Source of the DNA: an uncultured Phaeodactylibacter sp.
Lineage (GTDB): Bacteria > Bacteroidota > Bacteroidia > Chitinophagales > Saprospiraceae
Reading direction: 5' to 3'
NCBI GenBank assembly: GCA_964572415.1
Contig: CAZNHN010000002.1
Location: 2,381-66,380, forward strand
Length of the DNA: 64,000 bases
Positions 7,181 through 17,600 of this stretch are shown here, piece after piece (position 1 is the stretch's first letter; every line of letters starts with the position of its first letter). The position numbers and the translations under genes are program-made. Under the pieces are notes generated by a model. It was not told where the DNA came from. It saw only the letters and a program-made list of their open reading frames with translations, and ran no database searches.

Positions 7181-9574
7181 ATGGAAGAAATCGACTTACC
7201 GGTAGAACCCCCAAAGACTCAACCACACGCCCGGCAGGCCGTTGTGGATGAAGAGTGGAACGTATTGAAGGAACTTGACATCGAAGAGATGCCTTTCCGG
7301 TTCAAGCTCAGCCTGGCCCCTTTGCTGGAGATGATCAAAGAAAAGGCAGAAAGCGACAACCCGGTGGAATCGGGTGTGGGGCAGTTCGTCATGGATCGGC
7401 TGAAGGATGCGCCGGAGTTATGGCAGCCCATTCGAGACCGCAGGCAACTGGAACAACATAAAGACATTATCGACCTGCTCATGCTGATGGTCATCCCTCC
7501 TGCCCTGCGCCGAAATCAGCTGATCAAGGTGTCAGCGCCGTTCGAAATGGCACCTATCTATATGACGCCTGCCCTGGAGGACCACATCCGGGCTAAAAAT
7601 TTCAAGTACGTCATCAACCACAAGCCAGGCTTCACCTTTTGCTCTATGGTGATCAGCGCCTGCAGTTTCATCCTGAATACCCACTACGGTACCGATCTTA
7701 AAATCGGATCGCCCCTGTCGATTTCTATTTCCAACCCGGAAACGGGCATGGAGCGGCATTACAAAACCCGCCTCGACACAGACTACATGAGGATAAAAAA
7801 GCTAAAGCCGCTGAAACCCCTCAACCAGGAACAAATCAATGAGCTGCTAAGCAATGTGTACGATGTAGACCTCTGGATGAAATATCTGCCCCCGGAGAAC
7901 TTCGAGTTCCAGGGCTTTACCATCGGTACGCTGATCGATATCACGGAGGAAGAGGCCTTGTCCAGGCTTAAGTTTTCCCTGCTGGAACGCAATGCTGTAG
8001 TACAGGAAGAGAAGGTTAGCCGACTGGAAGGCCTTGTTCGAACCTTCTTTGACATCCCTGGCTTGCAGATGGGCGTTACGGCCATTGACTATCCTAAAGA
8101 GTATCAAGTCGCCCATCAGTATAAAATCCGCTATGATTTCCTCGCCGAGGAGCAGGGAGACTTGCTGGCGGAGGACAACGCAGGCTCCATTTATGAGAAA
8201 GCCTGTAAATACCGGGAAATCGTGCTGGTAGAGGACCTGGAAAGGATAAAGCAAAAGACCCCGATCGAAGAGGGTCTGCTCAAAAAGGGGATCCGCAGTA
8301 TCATCGTTGCGCCTTTGCTGAATAAAAAAGAGCGCATTATTGGCCTGCTCGAAATCGGCTCGCCCAAGCCTTACGAACTACACAGCTTTGTAGAGCTTAA
8401 ATTCCGGGAACTAGTCAGTTTATTTAGTATGGCGGTGGAACGCAGCCGGGATGAGATCGATAATCAGATTGAGGCCATCATCCGGGAGCAATACACGGCC
8501 ATTCACCCGAGTGTGGAGTGGAAATTTATTGAAACCTCCTACAACCTGCTGGAAAAGCGGGAGGCAGAGGGTAAGAATGCCACCGCACCACCCATTGCCT
8601 TCCGGGATGTGCACCCGCTCTATGCACAGGCGGATATTGTAAGCTCCTCTGACCGGCGGAACCATGCCATACAGGCCGACCTTTCGGAAAACCTGCACCT
8701 GCTGCTGGACCTCCTTGATGTAGCAATTGGCATGGGCCGTTACCCTTTGCTCAACCAATACCGGGCGGCTGCAGAACGCAACCTCAGAGGCGTACTGGAG
8801 GACTTCAACTCTAACGACGAGTCCAGGATCGTTTCCTGGCTAAAGGACGAAATCCACCCGGTGCTTGAGGACATCAGAAGCCGGTACCCTGCTCTGCAAG
8901 CCAAGGTCCGGCACTATTTCAACTACATTGATGCAGACCTGGGCATTGTGTACCAGGAACGCAGAAAGTACGAGGACAGCGTATCCATGATCAACTCCAC
9001 TATAGCCCGCTACCTGGAGGATCAACAGGAAGCAGCCCAAAAAATTGTCCCCCACTACTTTGAGCGCTATAAGACAGATGGGGTGGAGTACGATATCTAC
9101 GCCGGGCAGTCCCTGCTCAAGTCCGGCACCTTCAAGCCTATGCACCTGCGTAATCTCCGGCTTTGGCAGTTTATTGACATGTGCGAAGTCACTCGTTTGG
9201 TAGAGGATCTGCAAACCGACTTGCCCGTACCCCTCTCCACCGCGCAGCTGATTTTCACCTACTCCAATCCCCTGTCGATCCGCTTCCGGATGGACGAAAA
9301 GCAGTTTGATGTGGATGGGGCCTACAATGTCCGCTACGAGATACTGAAGAAGCGCATTGACAAAGCGCTGATCGAAGGCACAGATGAGCGGCTTACTCAG
9401 GCTGGCAAAGTGGCGATTGTCTACCTTCAGGAAAAAGATAAGCAGGAGTACCTTGATTATGCGGACTACCTCATTTCCGAAGGGTATATTACCGAAGATA
9501 TTGAGGACCTTAAAATCGGCAAACTACAGGGTGTACAGGGGCTTCGGGCTCTCCGCTTTACAGTAAAGCACTAA
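7181..9574 (+). CDS. GAF domain-containing protein (~797 aa) with putative divergent class III nucleotide cyclase C-terminal region
   Basis: GAF: IVLVEDL...GIRSIIVAPLLNKKERIIGLLEIGS. C-terminal motifs LYAQADIVSS, ERYKTDGVEY, QFDVDGAYNVR. Start at ATG 7181 (ORF track uses TTG 7172). Confidence 0.8.
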   Translation: MEEIDLPVEPPKTQPHARQAVVDEEWNVLKELDIEEMPFRFKLSLAPLLEMIKEKAESDNPVESGVGQFVMDRLKDAPELWQPIRDRRQLEQHKDIIDLLMLMVIPPALRRNQLIKVSAPFEMAPIYMTPALEDHIRAKNFKYVINHKPGFTFCSMVISACSFILNTHYGTDLKIGSPLSISISNPETGMERHYKTRLDTDYMRIKKLKPLKPLNQEQINELLSNVYDVDLWMKYLPPENFEFQGFTIGTLIDITEEEALSRLKFSLLERNAVVQEEKVSRLEGLVRTFFDIPGLQMGVTAIDYPKEYQVAHQYKIRYDFLAEEQGDLLAEDNAGSIYEKACKYREIVLVEDLERIKQKTPIEEGLLKKGIRSIIVAPLLNKKERIIGLLEIGSPKPYELHSFVELKFRELVSLFSMAVERSRDEIDNQIEAIIREQYTAIHPSVEWKFIETSYNLLEKREAEGKNATAPPIAFRDVHPLYAQADIVSSSDRRNHAIQADLSENLHLLLDLLDVAIGMGRYPLLNQYRAAAERNLRGVLEDFNSNDESRIVSWLKDEIHPVLEDIRSRYPALQAKVRHYFNYIDADLGIVYQERRKYEDSVSMINSTIARYLEDQQEAAQKIVPHYFERYKTDGVEYDIYAGQSLLKSGTFKPMHLRNLRLWQFIDMCEVTRLVEDLQTDLPVPLSTAQLIFTYSNPLSIRFRMDEKQFDVDGAYNVRYEILKKRIDKALIEGTDERLTQAGKVAIVYLQEKDKQEYLDYADYLISEGYITEDIEDLKIGKLQGVQGLRALRFTVKH

Positions 9575-9806
9575 TACCAATAACAGATTTTAACACCTGA
9601 AAAGGAACTTTTAACCTGTACTTCTTTTTGTATAAACGGGTAAAAGAGTGCTTCTTTTGCCGGGAACTCAGCAGAAAACCTAATAATATTTCAGGCGTTC
9701 CTTTCGTTTGCTAGTGGATTGATTCGTAAACTTTGACAGCTAAAGGACATGCACCCAACAGGACTTAAGCATGAAAAAGCTATCAAATAATTCAGTCCGG
9801 TTGCAT

Positions 9807-9814
9807 TAGTTTTG
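9807..9814 (+). promoter_or_regulatory. Possible -7 promoter element (TAGTTTTG)
   Basis: TAnnTTTG match ~52 nt upstream of the ATG at 9866. Confidence 0.35.
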
Positions 9815-9865
9815 TTGTGACGATTCCCAAAAAAGCCGTCGAAAAGAAAATCAGACAGGTTTAGT

Positions 9866-10909
9866 ATGATCAAGTGTCGTTCTTTGATAGGGTTACTCAT
9901 ATTGATCTTTGCTGCTTCATGGCAAAGTACGTATGGGCAGTCCTTGTCTTTCACCGAAAAGGAAGACATTGACCTGACGAAAGATTGTACGGGTTTTTGC
10001 CGCCCCGGAGTGGTGAACAAGTCCCGCGGACGTGGCCTGCTCATTGAACGGACCATGGTAGGTGATCAAAACCTTGCGCCCCGCGCCGGCGGTATAGAAG
10101 GTGCCAATGCCAGCGAAATCGACTACATCGAGCAATTCCGTGCCAAGATCAAAATTCCTATTATCAACGCGCCCAGCCTAAAAGTACTCGCAGGCTACGA
10201 ATACCAACAGGAGTCCGTCCACTTTGACCGCATCGGCTACTTCAATCAGGAGCTTTTTCAGTCGCTAAACGGCAAGGCACTCCGTACCAATAAATATTCT
10301 GTCTACATCACCAAGTCTTTCAATGAGCGGGTTTACGGTGGCTTGCGGTTGCGTACTTCTTACCGGGGCGACTATGAGCAGATGATGAATTTCGACCCGC
10401 GCTATGCGACCTATAGTGGTCTTGCAGCCGTAGGCTTCAAGGAACGGGACGATTTGGAGTGGGGGCTCGGGCTGATGTTCGGGCGCAATTTTTTCAATAC
10501 GACTATTCTCCCCTTTGGTGTATTCAACCAAACATTTAACGATAAGTGGGGCATTGAGACGGTACTGCCGGTCCAAATCATGATGCGGTACAATTTTACA
10601 CCAACGAACCTGCTCCTATTCGGGGTAGAATACCAAAGCCGCTCTTACGCCCTTGATCTACTACAGCCGGAGACACAAGGTATGACGCCCTACTACTTCC
10701 GGCATGCCGAGATCGCTCTGAAAGCCACTTACGACAGAAAACTGTATTCCTGGATTTGGTTTACTGCGGAAACGGGCTACCTCATCCCAAGAAGGGCCCG
10801 CTTTGATAATACCGTTGATGCAACCTATAACTTCCGCGCCCGTACTTCGCCTCAACCCTACTTCCGGGTCGGCTTGTTCCTGTCTCCCCCTAGGGACATG
10901 ATCAAATAG
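9866..10909 (+). CDS. Outer-membrane beta-barrel protein (DUF6268-like)
   Basis: Sec signal peptide followed by alternating aromatic/hydrophobic beta-strand pattern (WGLGLMFG, YFRVGLF). Family name is from recall. Confidence 0.6.
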   Translation: MIKCRSLIGLLILIFAASWQSTYGQSLSFTEKEDIDLTKDCTGFCRPGVVNKSRGRGLLIERTMVGDQNLAPRAGGIEGANASEIDYIEQFRAKIKIPIINAPSLKVLAGYEYQQESVHFDRIGYFNQELFQSLNGKALRTNKYSVYITKSFNERVYGGLRLRTSYRGDYEQMMNFDPRYATYSGLAAVGFKERDDLEWGLGLMFGRNFFNTTILPFGVFNQTFNDKWGIETVLPVQIMMRYNFTPTNLLLFGVEYQSRSYALDLLQPETQGMTPYYFRHAEIALKATYDRKLYSWIWFTAETGYLIPRRARFDNTVDATYNFRARTSPQPYFRVGLFLSPPRDMIK

Positions 10910-12107
10910 CGGAGCTTATCCAAATCAGCAGCCCGTATGTCAGTACGGTAGTGATGATACCAATCATAAAAATAGTGTAGCAGATCCGAAGCAGTCGGTA
11001 CTTTCGGCCCAGCGACCGCCCCAGAAAGTATAAGTCACGCATAATTGAGCTGTCCAGTTTTTTATTGTCGGAAACAACCTCCAGCATGCCGGCCTCGTAA
11101 GTAGGGAAGTCCATTCTAAAAAAATTACCGAAAAAGAAAAGATTAGATGTGCCGCCTGAAATGGCTTCCGGACTCGTCTCTCCGCTCATCTTGATGGGTC
11201 GGGTGGCTAAGGTCGCAAATACCATAGAAGTCAGGCAAGTCACCAAAAGCACCAGCATTGGGATCACCAATTGAGGGTGCTCACTGACGTAGGAGCTGGC
11301 CAATGGCATGACGATAGTTACGATCAGTGCATTCACACTCAGCATGATGTTGGCCTTGTTGTCCGCCAGCGCACTAAGGTCGAGGTGGTTGCGCAGGCTG
11401 GTTTTGAACATGGTTTGCGCACTTTTACTATCGCTAATGGCCCCAGCCAGCTTGGCTTGCTCCGGCTTGGCCGGTTTGTCATTGCCCAGGGCCGGGCTGC
11501 GGTGCTCATCTCTGAGCTTTTTCAATTGCTTCCGGTTCGTATTCCATTGTTTGTCGTAAGCTTCTACAGCCGCAGCAGTATAAAAGCGGTGGTTTTTGAC
11601 AAATTTATAGTTGAGTCTGTACCAGGCTTCATCGGTGTACTCCTGGTTTAGAAAAGTCTTCCACTCGTGGCGCAGCGCCTGCAGGTACTCGAAGTAATGC
11701 GGGCTGCCCAGGTTGCTCAGGTCGGCATCGCACATGATTTTTTCGAGCTGCGTCTGCGGTACCTTTGGCGGGAACGTTACATCAATCAGATTGAGTACTT
11801 CCGCTTTGCGCTCCTCTTCATACGCCTGACCGGATAAGAACTGATCAGCCAGTTGCCGGCTTACGGCTTCATGCCCTTCGTAGGTTTCTGTAAAGCCAAG
11901 GTCATGAAAAAGGGCAGCGAGTTCCAGGATTTCCAATTGGTGGCTGGTAAGCCCTGCTGACTGCCCCAACTCCAGCACCGCTTTGCATACGCGTTCGGTA
12001 TGCCCCTGATTGTGGTATTGGTGGTCGGTGGTCAGACCAGCCTGAAAACGCTCCTGAGCATAGGCCCGGGCGGCTTCCAGTACTGACGTTGTCTTGTTGT
12101 TGTCCAT
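10902..12107 (-). CDS. HD-domain phosphohydrolase fused to Pycsar effector (DUF5706/PycTM-like) domain
   Basis: N-terminal YHNQGHT...ALFHDLGF...GHE...CDADL (HD). C-terminal RNHLDLSALADNKANIMLSVN, TM helices, NLFFFGNF, DLYFLGRSLGRKYRLLRICYTIF, final TM. Confidence 0.88.
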   Translation of the reverse strand: MDNNKTTSVLEAARAYAQERFQAGLTTDHQYHNQGHTERVCKAVLELGQSAGLTSHQLEILELAALFHDLGFTETYEGHEAVSRQLADQFLSGQAYEEERKAEVLNLIDVTFPPKVPQTQLEKIMCDADLSNLGSPHYFEYLQALRHEWKTFLNQEYTDEAWYRLNYKFVKNHRFYTAAAVEAYDKQWNTNRKQLKKLRDEHRSPALGNDKPAKPEQAKLAGAISDSKSAQTMFKTSLRNHLDLSALADNKANIMLSVNALIVTIVMPLASSYVSEHPQLVIPMLVLLVTCLTSMVFATLATRPIKMSGETSPEAISGGTSNLFFFGNFFRMDFPTYEAGMLEVVSDNKKLDSSIMRDLYFLGRSLGRKYRLLRICYTIFMIGIITTVLTYGLLIWISSAI

Positions 12108-12261
12108 GCAGCAGGAGTCTCAGGTTGTGAATGAAGCAGGCTCAAGCGAGATACCTGCTGTGTTTACAATAATACTTGATTTACACTGGTCTTGAAAATC
12201 CTTGCCCGGTTTCTTTTTTGATCGGCTGTCAAAAGCCTATCTTCAGGAACCATATTCTGAT

Positions 12262-13011
12262 ATGAGCCAGTCCTTATTTCTTATCGGCCAATTGATAACG
12301 CTGCTGCTGACCGCCGGATTACTGGGCAGCTTGTATACTGCGCTGCGCATTGGTATGAGCCGTTTGAAGCAGCCGCCTGCTCAGCGCAAAAAAGCGGGCC
12401 GGTTGGTTATTTTGTCGCTCAGCATTTGGCTCCTGATCAGTATCGGGATGGCCAGTAGTGCCCGGTACGGGACAGCCGAGCCGGTGCTTACCATGCTGAG
12501 CCTTTTCCTGTTGCCTTCCGTTTTCTTTCTGCTGCTGCTGGGCTTTCGGTTTTTCCGGCAAATCATTCTTATAACGCCCCCGCAGTGGATCGTCAAGGTG
12601 CAAGGGATCCGAATTGTCCTCAGTTTACTGCTGTGGATGGGCTACGCCGGAAGGTATGTACCTCCTCAGCTGACCTTCCTGTGGTTCAATTACGATATCG
12701 TAGTGGGCATTAGCGCGCTGATGGGTAGCTATGTGTTCTTCGCCCGGGGACAGTTCCGGAGGCCGGAGACGTTGCTGTGGAATACCTTTGGGCTTTTTTC
12801 CCTGCTTTATCTCGTGGCTATTGCCCTGGTTTCCCTTCCGCAGAGCCCGTACCAGCTTTTTGCCACCACGCCGGACGGCGCGTTTCTGACCCATCCGCTC
12901 TTTGTACCATTGATGAGCTTCATTTTTCCATTCTGTGCGGCCATGCACGTCTACAGTATCTGGCAGGCGCTGCGGCGGTCTGCCCGGCGTACTTTTCGCC
13001 TCAATAAGTAA
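12262..13011 (+). CDS. Hypothetical integral membrane protein (~7 TM)
   Basis: Multiple hydrophobic helices; QGIRIV, LTFLWFNYDIVVGISA. Start set at ATG 12262. Confidence 0.7.
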   Translation: MSQSLFLIGQLITLLLTAGLLGSLYTALRIGMSRLKQPPAQRKKAGRLVILSLSIWLLISIGMASSARYGTAEPVLTMLSLFLLPSVFFLLLLGFRFFRQIILITPPQWIVKVQGIRIVLSLLLWMGYAGRYVPPQLTFLWFNYDIVVGISALMGSYVFFARGQFRRPETLLWNTFGLFSLLYLVAIALVSLPQSPYQLFATTPDGAFLTHPLFVPLMSFIFPFCAAMHVYSIWQALRRSARRTFRLNK

Positions 13012-13091
13012 TGGCGAAGCTGGGGCAGAACGCCGGGGAAGGTACTGGCTTAAGCTCTGCGCCAGCAGCCGAGCCTCCTGGGCTTTTCCCC

Positions 13092-13135
13092 AAAAAAATA
13101 ATGCCGGGCTGAGCGCATAACCCAACCCGGCATTA
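13092..13135 (-). terminator. Intrinsic terminator between convergent genes
   Basis: TAATGCCGGG...CCCGGCATTA stem; the A7 at 13092-13098 reads as a U-tract after the stem on the minus strand. Confidence 0.7.
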
Positions 13136-13157
13136 CCTTCACCAAGAAAACTAACGC

Positions 13158-13520
13158 TTACCGTTTGGTGAGTGCACCCTCGGCTATAAAGTTGACCCGC
13201 AGGTTGTATTCCTGCGCTTTGTCGAGGCCAAAGCCTTCTACTTTGCGATGGTTGATGCTCTCCTTCACCTGTTCACAGATTTCGTCGGTCACGCCGAGTA
13301 CATTGAGGACAATGATCTCGTCATTTTCGTTCACCTTGAAATTAATGAATACAAAGGTTTCCTTCATGCCCAGCTGGTCCAGGTCTGGCGCTTCGATCAT
13401 TTTGGAAATCTCGCGGCGCAGGTCTTTGGCAGCAGTGGCGCTGTCGGGCGCAGAAGCAAAGGAAGCAGTGACGAATGCAGTAAGCAAAAGAGCTGAAAAA
13501 ACAATGCGAAAGGTTTTCAT
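13158..13520 (-). CDS. Small secreted hypothetical protein (TonB-C-like fold possible)
   Basis: Signal peptide MKTFRIVFSALLLTAFVTASFA; 120 aa; VFINFKVNENDEIIVLNV pattern. Confidence 0.65.
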   Translation of the reverse strand: MKTFRIVFSALLLTAFVTASFASAPDSATAAKDLRREISKMIEAPDLDQLGMKETFVFINFKVNENDEIIVLNVLGVTDEICEQVKESINHRKVEGFGLDKAQEYNLRVNFIAEGALTKR

Positions 13521-13847
13521 AACAAAACTGATTTTAGGTATAACAATCGGGATAAAAATCTAACAACCAGGCAATAAGGCACAACCTGACCTATGAGCAA
13601 ATTGCCCGGGCCAGCGGGTGCTTATCAACTAAATCGTTTATTGATGTCTTCGTTATCAAAGACGGTTATATAACGAGGAAGTTGCACGAAATGATCTTTG
13701 GAAATGGGTACCTTCTATAAACGGGCGGGAATATTCGATCAATGCAGCCTATTTTGTATACCAGCGAATATTATTTGGCTACAATCAAGGCGGATCGAAA
13801 AACAACCTGTAAATCAACTACTTACACACGCCATTAGCAATTAGCCT

Positions 13848-14540
13848 TTAAAACCGATAGAAGGCGGCAAGACTGATATAGTAGTTCCGCAGCTGCGTTA
13901 GCCCTCGTTCCTGTTCAATTTGCAGGACAGCCTGATCACTAAGGTCATCGGTATTGTAAACACGGGTAAGTGCGAAGCTGTAACGAATACGTGCGCCGAT
14001 ATGCTCTGTAAAGTGATGCCCCAGCCCAAGTAGCAGGCTCAGCTCATTCTTGTTAAAATCATCCTCCAGACCGCTGATGACCAAGCCATCCAGGACCATG
14101 TCAGGCTCATTAACCCTGGCCTCAATAAGCCGGGCAAAGGCGCCACCAAATTCAAAAAAAACACCGGGCGCTCCGCCCATACGATTGTAGCGATAGAAAA
14201 AAGGGATTTCCATATAATTCAAGTCCACCAACCGGTCTTTTCTATTTATCGTGCGACGGGGGTCCGATTCCGTTCGGGCTCCCTTGCTATGGTAGAGCAG
14301 CTCGACACCTACTTCTGAATAATGGTTGATGATGGCGGTACCACCGATACCAAATTGAGTGTTGAACTTGTCAAAGCCATTATAATTATCGCCATCCATC
14401 TGAGAAAGGTTGAAACCGGCGATCAGGGAGGCGCGGAAGCGCTGCTTGATACGCTTGCCCCGACGCTGCGCATCGGCATCCTGCGGCAGTACAAAGAGAA
14501 AAAGGCAGCACAGCGAAATGAACTTTAATGAGGTAGTCAT
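13848..14540 (-). CDS. Outer-membrane beta-barrel 'porin family' protein (OMP_b-brl_2/PorT-like)
   Basis: Signal peptide; AGFNLSQ, ELLYHSKG, YMEIP, RYSFAL; C-terminal aromatic ...AAFYRF. Confidence 0.8.
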   Translation of the reverse strand: MTTSLKFISLCCLFLFVLPQDADAQRRGKRIKQRFRASLIAGFNLSQMDGDNYNGFDKFNTQFGIGGTAIINHYSEVGVELLYHSKGARTESDPRRTINRKDRLVDLNYMEIPFFYRYNRMGGAPGVFFEFGGAFARLIEARVNEPDMVLDGLVISGLEDDFNKNELSLLLGLGHHFTEHIGARIRYSFALTRVYNTDDLSDQAVLQIEQERGLTQLRNYYISLAAFYRF

Positions 14541-14583
14541 GACAAAGCGATATCTAAAGGTTAAACCCTAAATGTAGCAGAGC

Positions 14584-14618
14584 GCTACACCTGACCCTGA
14601 TGTTTGTTCAGGTGCAGC
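14584..14618 (-). terminator. Stem-loop downstream of the VCBS operon
   Basis: GCTaCACCTGA...TCAGGTGcAGC inverted repeat in the intergenic space; weak U-tract. Confidence 0.4.
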
Positions 14619-14691
14619 CTATTAAGATTAGCTTTCACGCACCTGTTGGTACATTCAAGCAACCTTGAAAATCCATTTTTGTTGCAGCGTC

Positions 14692-17600
14692 CTAACGGCT
14701 ACTCAGTAAATAAGGGTAGTCGTTATTCGTAATCAACAATAACTTCCCCTCGCCTAATGGCAAAAGCGCCCGCGCCTGAACCCCGGTCGGCAGATTAAGT
14801 GATTGGACTGCTTTAAAGGAGGAGTCTGTAGTATCGTAGCCTACAAGTACGCCGCCCCGTGCGGATTGGCTGTTGCCATGTACGGCCATCAGCTCAGCAT
14901 TACTGCTGATGTAGTATAACTGCCGGGGCTCTTCTTCCCACCACATATCCTGTATTGTGCCCCACTGCGCCTGTGCAGGTAAAGGCTGCGCTTCATAGCC
15001 CCCATCAGCTGTGGATAGGAATAGCATAGACTGCAGGGTTTCCGCCTGCTTTTCTTCTACCAGGAATTCCTGTCCTTCCGGCAAAAGGGCTTCAAAGCTG
15101 GCTACCTCAGCATATTTCGAATAGGATATGAAATCCTTCTTCAGCCCGGGCAGTTGCGACAATAATTTATCTTTTGAGCCCAGCGGGACGTAACGGTCGT
15201 AGTACTGGAAAAAGATAAGAGGGTCTACAAAGCCATTCTCATCAAAATCGCCAAGATAGAGTTTGACAGGCGCCTCCGGACTCGCTTGCATCAGGCTGTT
15301 AGTGCCCAGGTTGCCTGCAAAAATATCAAGTTGCCCATCCTGATTAACATCTGCCACGGCAAGCTTCGTCCAGAATCCGGTCAGCGCAGGGCCGTTGGCT
15401 TCTTCCGGCAGGTACTCCAGCGCACCTTCACCATCGTTCTCCAGTATCGTCACTGGCATCCAGTCGCCACAGATGATGAGGTCCAGGTCATCATCCTGGT
15501 CAAAGTCAGCCCATTTCGCATCAGTGACCATACCGAAGCGGTGCTGATAGGCAATGTCCACGCCTCTGCCCTGCAAGTTAGTCAGGATGAAGCTGTAGGG
15601 AGAAAGCCCGTAAGACCCCGGAATTGAGCGGGCACCAACGAAAAGGTCTTCGTACCCATCCTTATTGAAGTCCGCAACTGCCACTACGCTACCGTTGGTG
15701 TGGGGCAGAGAAAGCTGCACGCGGCGGAAATCCATGTTGCCGTTGTTCAGGTACAGCCGGTCTTCCAGTGCCTTCTCCAGCTCTTTGGCAGCTCCTCCCC
15801 CGCTCACGGCATACAGGTCCAGGTCACCGTCTGCATCGAAATCAATAACCGCAAAATCAGCATCTTCGTAACCGGCATCTCGGGTAAAAGCCTCCACCTC
15901 CAGGTTCCGGAACGTCCCGTCTGCCTGCCCCTGCAGCAAGCGCATCGGATAGCCATGTGCCCCACCGATTATCAGGTCTTTGACACCATCTGCATTCAGG
16001 TCTTCGTACAAAACAGCCGGCCCTTCCTGCGAAAGCCGCTCGGGCATGAGTTTTTCTTTTTCATAGTCCTCATAGGGGTTCTCCTCGTGTTGCAGTGGAA
16101 ACACTTCAAAGGCCTGAGCTTCGACCGGATTGCCCGCTGTGGCTATTAGCACGTCAGGCGCCGGCCTTTCCACTTCCAAATGCTGATTGACGGACAGGCC
16201 GGAAAGAACCTGTATACCCTGCCCCGGCCAGATAATCCGAACAGAGTCGACCTGACTGGCATCGCCCAGCCCAAAGTGCAAACGGTGAGAAACCGAGGAC
16301 TGATAGCCTTTGACCACTTGCAGTTCCTGATAAAGGGTGCGCCCGCCGGCGTAGACATAGGCTTTGGTACCCAGCGTAGTTTTTCCGGTTTTGTTTTTTA
16401 AGTGCAGACTGAGGTAATTGCCGCCCACTGCACGGTCTTTCCAGGTCAGTATTTGAGCAGGCTCGTTGATGTTGTTCACGATGGCCTCCAGATAACCATC
16501 TTTGTCCAAATCGGCATAAGCTACCCCATTAGAGAAGGTCGGAGTCCCCACTTTAGAGCTTTCCAGATCGGTAAATTCCAGTTCGGACTGCTGCAAAAAG
16601 AGAATATTGTGCAACTTTTCGGAGGGCAGCTTCTCAATCAGCTTACGGGTGCGCTCCGGGTCATCTTCATCAAGCTTTGCTATAGATTCACTGTTGAGGT
16701 AGTTGATATAATCCAGGTCGTTGGGCCGCTTCACGATACCATTGGTAATGAAAATATCCTTCCAGCCGTTGTTGTCGAAGTCCTGCAGCAGCACGCCCCA
16801 GCTCCAGTCGGTGGCGAAGGTGCGGGTCTGTAGGGCCAGATCGGTGAAGTAAGCTTTACCAGAATTGAGCTGCAGGTGGTTGCGGGCATACTGCTCCTCG
16901 TACCCCAAATCTTCCTTTATCCGTTTGAGCTGATCGGTATCCTCGCCTCCGGATTTAAGGTAGATCTCCTCGTCGAAGGGAAGCATATCCGTGCTGAAAA
17001 TATCCGGCAACTGATCGTTGTTGAGGTCAGCGATATCAACGCCCATGCTGAACTGTGTGGTGTGATCAGTCCAGTCTTTGATCGCCTCCCGGAAGGTTTT
17101 ATCGCCGTTATTGAGATAAATGTAGTCGTTCTCGTGAAAGTCGTTGCCTATGTAGATATCGGTATATCCATCACCGTTGAGATCAGTGGCAGCAACAGCC
17201 AGTCCGTAGCCCAGAGGGCTGTTGTAAATGCCTGTAGCCTCTGTTACATCCACGAATTGCCCTTCTGCTTCGTTGAGGCGGTTTTCCAGGAATCGGTCGC
17301 CCGCCCAGGGGTCGGTTTCCTTGCGCTTCTTGATCGTGCCATAACTTCGAACCGAGTGGACATTATGATTGAGCAGGTACATATCGAGATCGTAGTCCAG
17401 GAAGCAAGCCTGTGTGGAGAAGGCTTGAATATTCAACCCCAGGTCTTTGGAGCTTTCCTTAAAGGTGCCGTCCTGCTGATTCAGGTACAAAAGATTGTGC
17501 GCAGCCGGCATAATGCCCACACCCACTTTACAAACGTGGATATCCACGTAGCCATCGTTGTTGATGTCCACCATCGACACCCCGGTCGACCAGGCATCGT

